A DNA stretch of 64,000 nucleotides from assembly GCA_951406725.2 (NCBI GenBank), contig OX597831.1:3410001-3474000 (forward strand), written 5' to 3'. Within the stretch, counting starts at the first letter, position 1, and each line of letters opens with the position of its first letter. This DNA comes from Octopus vulgaris (Eukaryota). The notes below the pieces were generated by a model. The model searched no databases, was not told the origin of the DNA, and saw only the letters and a list, made by a program, of their open reading frames with translations. This document shows positions 53,714 to 64,000 of this stretch, piece after piece. A program made the translations under genes and the position numbers.

Positions 53714-54030
53714 TTAGCGTCCGTTCTCCATGCTAGCATGGGTTGGACGGTTCAACTGGGGTCTGTGAAGCTGGAAGGCTTCATCAGGCCCAGTCAGATC
53801 TGGCAGTGTTTCTACGGCTGGATGCCCTTCCTAATGCCAACCACTCTGTGAGTGTAGTGGGTGCTTTTTACGTGCCACCCGCACAGGTGCCAGACAGAGC
53901 TGGCAAACGGCCACGAACGGATGGTGCTTTTTACGTGTCACCAGCACGGGGCCAGGCAAGGCTGGCAACGGACACGAACGGATGGTGCTTTTACGTGCCA
54001 CCAACACGGGGGCCAGACAGAGCTGGCAAA
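53682..54030 (-). mobile_element. RTE 3' end
   Basis: (GAT)n tail and three gcacgtaaaaagcacc modules. Confidence 0.8.
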
Positions 54031-54129
54031 GTGGATAAATGCATGATGACATGATGCAGGCCATAAAAGAATACAAATGAAGACATGATTATGTCACAAG
54101 AATGATTTGTTAAGAGGTCTCTCTCTCTC

Positions 54130-54540
54130 TCTTTTACTCTTTTACTTGTTTCAGTCATTTGACTGTGGCCATGCTGGAGCACCGCCTTTAGTCGAGCAAA
54201 TCGACCCCAGGACTTATTCTTTGGATGCCTAGTACTTATTCTATCGGTCTCTTTTGCCGAACCGCTAAGTTACGGGGATGTAAACACACCAGCATTGGTT
54301 GTCAAGTGATGTTGAGGGGACAAACACACACACACAAACAAACATATACTCACACACACATATATATATATACATATATACGATGGGCTTCTTTCAGTTT
54401 CTGTCTACCAAATCCACTCACAATGCTTTGGTCGGCCCGAGGTTCTAGAAGAAGACACTTGCTCAAGGTGCCACACAGTGGGACTGAACCCGGAACCATG
54501 TGGTTGGTAAGCAAGCTACTTACCACACAGCCACTCCTAC
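54130..54540 (-). mobile_element. SINE family A, full length
   Basis: Reverse-complement match to the consensus. Confidence 0.88.
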
Positions 54541-55129
54541 TCCTGATGGTAATGATAATTTCTGATTTATGAGGTATGAGGCCAGTGATTTGGAAGGGAG
54601 GGGCAAGTGGATTACATGAATTTCAGTGCTTGACTGCTACTTTATTTTATGGGCCCCAAGTGGGATAAAAGGCAAAAATTGACCTCAGCAGGACTTGAAC
54701 TCAATTGCTTCTCATATAGGTACAAGGCTAGAAACTTGGGGAGAGAGTTATTTAATAAAACCAGCCCCTGTACTTTGATGGTACTTTATTGTATTGACCC
54801 TCCCAAAGGGTCTGAAAGCTAATGTTGACCTTGGAAGGATTCCAACTCCAAAACATAAAGGACCATAACAACTGCTGTAAAAATATTGTCCAGCATTCTA
54901 ATGATTCTGTCAAATCGGCTGTTTCAATGGTGATGATGATGAAGAGGATGATGGCAGTGGTGTCGTTGGTGGTGGTAGTGATGGTGGTGCCTCAATCTAC
55001 AGGAATATGAACACATTCCGACAACCGATAAAGTATTAATATAAACAGTTCTGTTCGATGTGTTTTTATTGCTGGCATTTATACGATATGGTTTCTGATA
55101 CATATCGGTGATTGTGGTATGTGTGGAGG

Positions 55130-55132
55130 GAG

Positions 55133-55218
<86 letters not shown>

Positions 55219-55759
55219 AAGGAAAGAGAAAAAGATAGGGGAGGGAGGGAGAGATAAAAGAAAGAGAGAAAGAGAGGAGGGAGGGAAAATTGGAGGAAAC
55301 GAAGGGGAGATAGTCAAAGAAAGAGTTCCACAGAGTGCACCAACTGGCTAGGAATCTTTTAAATCAATGTTATACTGAATAAATATAAATGTATGCACAA
55401 CTAAACATGATTGAGAAGCTGTTCCATGCACTGAGTTTTTGGGTTTTTCTCTCTTTTTTTGTGTACCCTGTTCTCATTTTGTCTCTTTTCTTTATGTTTT
55501 CTTATTTCCTTTTTTTTTCCCACAAGTTATCGCAACATTATTATAGAATGGCCGCCTTTGTTAAGAATGGTTTAAGATACAGTCGTTGGTTCTGCTGTGC
55601 ACATTTGGGGGGGGATGACGGATTGGAAATATTCCTCCTAAACAAATGAAGAGTGGAACATTTAAGTGGCACTCATGTACAACCGATTGCATTCTATTAC
55701 AGGGTAGCAGCAAATGAGGAATATAAAGAGTGCTTTGAATGCTGGGAAGTATGTGTGTG

Positions 55760-55794
<35 letters not shown>

Positions 55795-56026
55795 AAAGAG
55801 AGAGAGAAGGAGAAAAAGAGAGAGTGCGAGACGGAAGGAGAAGGAGAGTGAGAGAGAGATAGAAAGAGAGAGAGATGGAAAGCGAGGGAGAAAGAGCGAA
55901 AGAAAGAGAGAGTGAAAGAGAGAGAGAGAGAAAGATTGAGAGAGAGAGAGAGGAAGAGAGATGGAGAGAAAGAATGAGAGAAAGAGAGAGAGAGAATTCT
56001 ATGTAAGAATATAACTAAATATAATA

Positions 56027-56075
<49 letters not shown>

Positions 56076-56187
56076 TTGCAGCTGCTGATGGGGGCGATGA
56101 TGGTAACAACTACAACAACAACAACAGCAACAACAACGACAATGTTGACGACAATAATAATAATAATAATAATATTAGTAATAACAA

Positions 56188-56237
<50 letters not shown>

Positions 56238-56372
56238 AATAATAACAATAATAATAATAACAATAATAATAATGATAATAGTAATAATAATAATAATAAT
56301 AATAGTAATAATAATAATAATAATAATAGTAATAATAATAATAAGCACAACAACAACAACAACAATAATAAC

Positions 56373-56406
<34 letters not shown>

Positions 56407-56435
56407 GTAATAATAATAATAATAGTAATAATAGC
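55130..56435. repeat. (GA)n, (TAA)n, (GAT)n and (CAA)n microsatellites
   Basis: Directly visible in the sequence. Confidence 0.9.
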
Positions 56436-56948
56436 TCTCAAGTACTGATTGCATTTTGTTGGTGCAAAAAGAAATGGAAGAAGGATTATTTTGTTGGTAA
56501 AAAGCATTAAGAAAGATTGATGAAGTGAGTGACAAGAATGGCAGAGGATCTGTGGAAGCAGGAAGTTTTACAGGGAAATAAAATATCTTTAAGTTGACCA
56601 AATTGACTGAGTGGCTTCAACGTCGGAATGGAGAGAGAAGGAGAGAAGTGGAAGGGAAGACGTGAAGAATGAGAAAGCCGTGTGACAGCTGGGAATATAA
56701 GGGATATATTTGTAATGGGAGGTTAAGGAAGAAACAAACTGAAAATTATTCTGAGAATAAAATATCAAATAGATTTTGCAACCGTAAAACTTAGAAGAAT
56801 TCTGAGAGTTGTGTTTTCATTGGAAGACAAAATCATAAAAGTTGGAATTTTAGTACTGGGCTACGGTTAAAATGGAAAAGCTTGCAGTTGCGTTGTGGTG
56901 AGACGAATCTGATCTTAACTGATCTTGTGTTTTTGTTTCTGATGTTCT

Positions 56949-57880
56949 TTAACCCTTTCGTTACCAACCCGGCTGAAACCGGCTCTGGTTCTGAGTGCAA
57001 ATGCCTTCTTTTCATAAGTTTTGAGTTAAAATCTTCCACCAAACCTTAGTCACAATTTATGTTCCTAACAATAGCTGAATGATAACTAATTTATTTTACT
57101 GAATTCTTTGTTATATTTAAAATTAATTGAAAGAAACACAGAGCATCTCAACAGAAATACGGTAATGAAAGGGTTAAGATATATAAGAGAAACAATTCTT
57201 AACCATTTCGATACCAACCCGGCTGAAACTGCCTCTGGCTCTGTAGTACAAATGTCTTCTTTTCATAAGTTTTGAATCAAAATCTTCCACCAAACCTTAG
57301 TCACAATTTATGTTCCTAACAATAGCTGAATGATAACTAATTTATTTTACTGAATTCTTTGTTATATTTAAAATTAATTGAAAGAAACACAGAGCATCTC
57401 AACAGAAATACGGTAATGAAAGGGTTAAGATATATAAGAGAAACAATTCTTAACCATTTCGATACCAACCCGCTGAAACTGCCTCTGGCTCTGAGTACAA
57501 ATGTCTTCTTTTCATAAGTTTTGAATTAAAATCTTCCACCAAACCTTAGTCACAATTTATGTTCCTAACAAAAGCTGAATGATAACTGAGTTATTTTACT
57601 AAATTCTTTGTTACATTTAAAGTAATTCAAAGAAACACAGAGCATCTCAACAGAAATACGGTAACGAAAGGGTTAACCCTTTGGCATTCGAACCAGCTAT
57701 ATCTGGCCAAAAATATTCTTCAATATGTTTTTATGTTCAAAGTGGCCAGGTCGTAGTTTCTCACACCTGCCCTACAATGTCATTCTAAAAAACAATTAAC
57801 AGTTGCTGCATCAACATCTCAAAGACATGAAATAATGCATGATTAATTCAAAACAATGTGAATAAACAAGCATTACATTA
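56949..57880. mobile_element. Array of three P1 piggyBac-like MITEs (about 251-bp period) plus an abutting P2 MITE
   Basis: Copies at 56953-57173, 57203-57424 and 57454-57672, each bounded by TTAA. P2 starts at the shared TTAA at 57673. Confidence 0.88.
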
Positions 57881-57932
57881 GACAGAGAAATCATCACCAC
57901 CATCCTCCTCCTCCTCCTCCTCCTCCTCCTCC

Positions 57933-57968
<36 letters not shown>

Positions 57969-57972
57969 GCAT

Positions 57973-58027
<55 letters not shown>

Positions 58028-58797
58028 TTGTAGCTTGTTAGGATATGAAACTAAGTGCAATGGTGTACGTAATGGTTTAACTATCTCTGAATGTCGCTGA
58101 TGCCACACTCATGCACACACACGCACACACACACATACACACACATGCACAGACACATAGACACACACACATACACACACATGCACAGACACATACACAC
58201 ACACACACACACACACATGCACAGACACATACACACACACACACGTGGCTGTATGTATTCAGCAAGTGACTTGATCTTTGACCAAAGACTAAAGCAATTA
58301 CATTTGTGCAAGAACTAATTCAACAATTTAAGAAAACACAAGTCTTATTCTATTCAAAATTTCTTTCTTTCTTGACATGTCAAGAAAAGTAGTAAAAAGT
58401 TTTGACACCACAAGAAATTAATGAAAAGGAAATATACATACATAAGTACATACATTCAGTGTCACCATCTTAGGTACATCTCATTGACAAGAGCCAAGAA
58501 GCTTGAAACATCCATGTGTGAGACTCCTAATAGATGGCAACACTGAACAAACCAGGTGTTTTCATACCTTTTTACCAAAAAGGAGATCTATTCTCTACAG
58601 GAACTGCAGTGTATTTGTCTTTTGGCAGTTGAAATATGTCACAAATATACTTCAGCTTGCCCAATTCTGCTCATGCCTAAACAAAACTTAGTGCTAACAC
58701 TTCGTTTTATATATATATATATGCATGTATATATGTATAGATATTATAATGTATATATGTACGTACATACATATTTGTATATATATATACGTACATT

Positions 58798-58859
<62 letters not shown>

Positions 58860-59056
58860 CACACACATATATGTATATGTATATATATTGTAATGTATAC
58901 ATGTAAGTATATATATTTATGTATATATATGTTTATATACATGTATATATGTACACATATATATATACATATATACATACATATATATATATATATACAT
59001 GCATACATACATGCATACACACACACATATATATACATACACATACATATATACAT

Positions 59057-59109
<53 letters not shown>

Positions 59110-60020
59110 CATACCTCAATCATACCTCACTCTAAGTCATTAATTGATTCCAAAGGACACGACTTAAGTGGAAATAACCATTATTTAAATGTATATACGT
59201 GCAATAATTAAAACCTGGGCTAGCCTAGGTTGTTTTTATTATGTTAGCCTACGAATTCAGTAAATTGCTAGGCAAGCCCAGGCTGCTTTTATATTAGAAA
59301 GAAATAATTTCAAATACTGTACTGTTGCCTATCTGATGACTGACATGGGAGTTACTTGTTGAGGCTGGTTTAGGAGGAGGATGAGGATGAGGAGGAGGAG
59401 AAGGAGATTACACACTAGATATCGATGGCTGGGGATCGTTAGCTAACCCCTGTTGTGATGGTGTAGATCGTTGTACGAACTTGTCTAAAGTTCCTTGATT
59501 TGTTTTTCTTTCTTTTCCCCTTAAAGGATTAGGCAATAAGGGGCAATAGTATCTTGATAACCCCACCAATATTTTTACAAAACTCCACTTGTGAAGACCT
59601 GTTGTGGCAAGTGAAGATCAAAATGAAAATCGTAATCTATCAACATCAATGGAATTTGTAGCTGTGATACCAGTGCCGGTGGCATGTAAGAGAACCATCT
59701 GAGCATGGCCGTAGCCAGCGCCGCCCGATTGGCCTCCGTGCTGGTGGCACGTAAAAAGCACCATCCGACCGTGGCCGTTGCCAGCTTCGTCTGGTCCCCG
59801 TGCCGGTGGCACGTAAAAAGCACCATCCGATCGTGGCCGTCTGCCACCTGTGCCGGTGGCACATAAAAAGCACCCACTACACTCACGGAGTGGTTGGCGT
59901 TAGGAAGGGCATCCAGCTGTAGAAACACTGCCAGATCAGACTGGGCCTAGCGCAGCCTTCTGACTTCCCAGACTCCAGTTGAACCGCCCAACCCATGCCA
60001 GCATGGAAAGCGGACGTTAA

Positions 60021-60098
<78 letters not shown>

Positions 60099-60470
60099 TT
60101 GTGCATTGGGATCCATTTCCTCAAACAAAGCAAGACATTTATCTAAATGAGAAAAATCCTCCTGCATTTTTAAAAAATGTAAAACTCTGAGGCCCAGGAT
60201 CAATGATGCATACTGTACTTTAACTTTAATTCTAATATGCTATACAGATTATATGTTTCTTTTGCTTTTTTTTTTTTATTTCCCAGAGACGAATACGAAC
60301 GTAACTAATTGATACAACCCGTAACTAACAGTAAAGCATAGTATGAATGTTATTGATCTTTTGCCGGGTGATGTAAATTAATGTTGTATTTAATATTTAT
60401 TTAATATTTTAGAAAGACCAACGCATCTTCGGAAATTATGTAAGTTGAAATGACTTAACCTGAGGTATAT
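59110..60470 (-). mobile_element. Tigger/pogo-like element interrupted by an RTE 3' end
   Basis: Ends atacctca...taagtc / gacttaacctgaggtat. Peptide DKCLALFEEMDPNAQ lies before the RTE insertion and a frameshifted EKKEK...GTLDKFV after it. Confidence 0.6.
59585..60098 (+). mobile_element. RTE 3' UTR fragment with long (GAT)n tail
   Basis: Homologous to 24972-25400. Confidence 0.85.
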
Positions 60471-60685
60471 GTGTATACCAGAAGGTCTGCAAATCTAATG
60501 CAGGCCTCAAAAGACATTTTAAGATCTACAATCAGAACTTAACTACAGATCTTGGTGGTCCAATTCAGATATGCAATCTATGTGGGTGTCTTTTCAAAAC
60601 ATTGTCTGGTTTAAAAAGCCATATCAGATACTATGATGGTTCTAAGGTGCAAGTACAGGAGATGGTTAAACTCTGCATATATATA

Positions 60686-60716
<31 letters not shown>

Positions 60717-61102
60717 GTGTGTGTGTGTGTGTATGTGTGTGTGTGTGTATATGTATGCTACATGGCAGCGAAACATGGGCCGGCTGTGACTGCTGAGGAC
60801 ATGTGTAAGCTTGCAAGAAATGAAGCTAATATGCTCTGCTGGATGTGTAATGTCAGTGTGCCTACATGACAGAATGTAAGCTACCTGAGAGAAAAGTTGG
60901 ATGTAAGAAGCGTCAGATGTGTTGTGTATGAATAAAGGACTTATCAGAATGTTCACTTTGGTAAGTATATACTAAGCCTTGGGTAAGAAGCCGATCAAAG
61001 CCTTGTGAGTGGATTTGGTAGATGGAAATTGAAAGAAGCCCATCGTATATGTTTGTGTGTCTGTGTTTGTCCCTCCAACATCGCTTGACAACTGATGCCA
61101 AC

Positions 61103-61971
61103 AGCAAATTGGAGACTCAGATGTCTGTGAGATACCTTTGAGTAACCATCTAGCAACATTCGGTTGGAACATATTTATATTTCCATTCTACAAACTACAC
61201 AGTCCAAGAGAAATTGCAAGAAAAATCAGAGAAAAAACTTTATTAATAAATTCCAACCGAAGCTAAATAAACAATAATACTAATACTTAGGGGTACTATT
61301 TCTACTGCTACAACCACTAACACTAACAAAAACAACAATACTAAAGGTGAATACTGATGAAGATAGCAGGAAAATACTAGTTAAGTCAAGAGAAAAGTCA
61401 GTAAAAAATAATCTTATACTTGGGTTTGAAGTTCTATTACCACAGCTACTCCTACCACCACCAACGACAACAACAATGACAACAATAACAAAGGAGATGA
61501 TAATGGGGATGATGATAATTGAAATGTAAAAATCTCTGGGAAATGTTGTTTACAACATTTCTAAGAATAGCCCAACAATTACCGCTTTGGCCAGGGTCAA
61601 AATACAGGTCTCTTGTCATGTTCAACAAACTGTGATGCCTAAACCAAACACCAATCAACTTAAGTAATTCAGTAAAATCCCACACTGATTGGTCAGAATA
61701 CAGTTTGCAAAAATTAACATTCTTCAGTCTATACAAATGTATTTAAGGAACACAGTTTAGCCATTTTACTACAGTCGTAGATTGTAAAACATAACTGTCA
61801 CCACTACTACATGAACCTGAAGATTGCATAGTTTAATGCAGGAAAGTACTAGTTCAATCAGAATAGATATTTAATATTCTATCATTTCATATTATCATTT
61901 CATCTTATATTATGTTGTTACAAAATTGTAAATAAAACGTGAAATTCAAACAAAGTTGGAATTTCTTTCAG

Positions 61972-61973
<2 letters not shown>
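61103..61973 (+). mobile_element. Second, diverged PLE copy (GIY-YIG C-terminus plus pseudo-LTR)
   Basis: Aligns by eye with 46172-47022 (IPLSNHLAT...FPFYKLHSP). Confidence 0.88.
61812..61856 (+). ncRNA. Minimal type-I hammerhead ribozyme with consensus core
   Basis: UGAAC-CUGAAGA-UUGCAU(AGUUUA)AUGCAG-GAAA-GUAC-UA-GUUCA. Confidence 0.82.
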
Positions 61974-62012
<39 letters not shown>

Positions 62013-62199
62013 TATGCAGTGGGTTTCTTTCTGTTTCCATCTACCAAATCGACACACAAGGCTTTGGTCAATCCGAGGCTATAGTAAAAGACACCTGCCC
62101 CAGGTGCCATGCAGTGGGACTGAACCCAGAACCATGTGGTTGGTAAACAAGCTACTTACCACACAGCCACTCCTGCACCTATATATATATATATATATA

Positions 62200-62730
62200 T
62201 ATGGTCAAAATTTTCTCATCTGAGAAGAACCAAATCATGGCATGTTCTGCATTTTAAACTTTGTTTCATAGCATTTTAGATCTGGACGAACATTTTTCTT
62301 TTGTTTCCTTTTTTATTTTGTAGACATAAGTTGACCTCTCCTCATCACATAAGACTTGTGCAGGATATCTTCGTGGATAACATTTCTGTTTATCCTTTCT
62401 GACACATAAAAATCTTCTGTAATTGGTCTCATAGATTTTGGCGGATTTCTATCAACGATCTGCAGAACTTGTCAAATAATTTCAGGTGTTCTGAGGGTAT
62501 CAGAGCATTGGGAATGCATTTTGTGGTTTGAAACAGATGCCTTTCCATCTGAGGCTTCTAACTTCTTGCAAACTTTGTAGATGAAAGATCTGGCAACTTT
62601 TAAAAAACTGAACTATCTCTAAGTCTCTGTGCTTGGCCTTTAGGGCCACAGTTACGGCTTACCCTCCTTCATTTCTTGAGTAAGCTGAGTGTCTGTTATT
62701 ATTATTTTATGAAGCATAGATGACAGAAAG
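62200..62730 (-). pseudogene. maT/Tc1-like transposase N-terminal remnant
   Basis: Manual translation gives RTPEII*QVLQIVDRNPPKSMR...IHEDILHKSYVMRRGQLMS. Confidence 0.6.
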
Positions 62731-62834
62731 TTAATTTAAAAACAGTAATAACTAAAAAATGTCATGCCTTCAAACAACGCGCGTGTGTGTGTATACATAT
62801 ATATATACACACATACACATATATACATACACAT

Positions 62835-63032
62835 CAAAAATGTAACCTCGTGCGTACTGTTGGCGATTTTTTTCCTCTGTCTTCCCTTCTCTGGATCTTT
62901 CCTTCTCCTATGTTTCCGACGAAGAGCTCCACTCGAAACGTTAAACCCTCCTTCTTTCCTGAGCATCCAATAATACTATATTTGTTCTACGTCCTCACGT
63001 TGTTGTGTTTTTTTGTGCTTTCTTGTTTGGAT

Positions 63033-63037
<5 letters not shown>
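62835..63037 (+). mobile_element. Short PLE-derived fragment with hammerhead motif (62912-62946)
   Basis: GUUU-CCGACGA-A-GAG(CUCCA)CUC-GAAA-CG-UU-AAAC, ending in (TA)n. Confidence 0.65.
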
Positions 63038-63072
<35 letters not shown>

Positions 63073-63439
63073 CATATAAATACATACATATATATACATA
63101 TATATATATATTTATATATGTAAGTGTATGTATGTATGTATGTCATTCAGTTTTATTTAAAGATTTCTTGCTAATAGATAAAGAGCTGGTTTCTAACCTA
63201 GATCCAAGGCTCCTTCATTGGAATTTCATGTATGTATGTATTTATGTATGTAGGCAAGCATACATGCATGTATGTATGTATGTATGCATATAAAATGCAA
63301 AAATAAGCCATGCTGCATGCTTGAAAACTCCCTATTTACTGATGCATCCAGCTGAATAGCAGATATCAGTCAAACACTTTGGTTCTCCAAATCACTGAAG
63401 CCACAACAACAACAACAAAAACAATGGCAATATTAAATG

Positions 63440-63955
63440 GTTTCCTTCCATTCTTCCTTTGTTTCTTTCTAGCTTCCTTCCTCCCCCTCCCTCTCTCCTT
63501 TCCTTCCTTCCTTCCTTCCTTCCTTCCCTCCCTCCTTCCCTCCTTTCCTTCTTCCCTTCCTTCCTTCCTTCTTTTCTTCCTCCCTTCCTTCCTTCCATCC
63601 ATCCATCCATCCATCCTTCTTCCCTTCCTTCCTTCCATTCTTCCTTCCATCCTTCCTTCTTTCCTTCCTTCTTTCCATTCTTTCTTTCTTTCTTTCTTTT
63701 TTCTTTTTAAATTTTTCTTCTGTTCCCTTTGTTTCTTTATTTTTCTATAATCTTTTCCTTCCTTCCTTCCTCCCACCCTTCCTCCCTTCCTTCCTTCCTC
63801 CCTTTCTTCCTTCCTTCCTTCCTTCCTACAATTCTTCCTTCCTTCCTTCCTCCCTTCCTTCCTTCCTTCCTTCCTTCCTTCCATCCTCCCTCCCTTCCTT
63901 CCTTCCTTCCTTCCTTCCTTCCCTCCTTCCCTCCCTCCCTCCCTTCCTTCCTTGC
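63440..63955. repeat. (CCTT)n polypyrimidine tract
   Basis: Directly visible in the sequence. Confidence 0.95.
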
Positions 63956-64000
63956 CCTACATTGCATTCAGCTGCTCCATTAACTGACACTATATAAAAC

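Noticed and set aside
55701-55752. Plus-strand 46-nt exon candidate (ttacag...gtatgt)
   Set aside because: Splice-like dinucleotides only, with no partner exons or recognisable peptide.
63366-63983. Lys/Glu/Gly/Arg-rich ORFs
   Set aside because: Translations of a (CCTT)n tract.

Overview
AT-rich, microsatellite-saturated animal DNA. The SINE, RTE and Penelope complement points to a coleoid cephalopod, most likely Octopus (inference). I can support no host protein-coding gene, so the window reads as intergenic or intronic. Most ORF-track entries are translations of simple repeats. Real coding remnants are all transposon-derived: (1) a 5'-truncated but uninterrupted Penelope-like (PLE) RT plus GIY-YIG ORF at 44538-46351, followed by a pseudo-LTR; (2) a roughly 6 kb RTE LINE at 47031-53065, inserted into the PLE's (TA)n tail with twin-priming inversion geometry, a 333-bp 5' monomer array and a PHD finger inside the RT; (3) decayed hAT, mariner, maT and Tigger elements; (4) piggyBac-like MITEs; (5) three tRNA-derived SINE families. 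The signal the ORF track misses is a dispersed set of minimal type-I hammerhead ribozyme motifs from several PLE-related families (2375-2667, 2940-2975, about 15000, 35688-35733, 46846-46890, 61812-61856, 62912-62946). One of them sits in a compact 260-bp element that joins a tRNA/Pol III head to an intact hammerhead, a candidate ribozyme-bearing, PLE-mobilised SINE. All alignments and folds were done by eye and no database searches were run.
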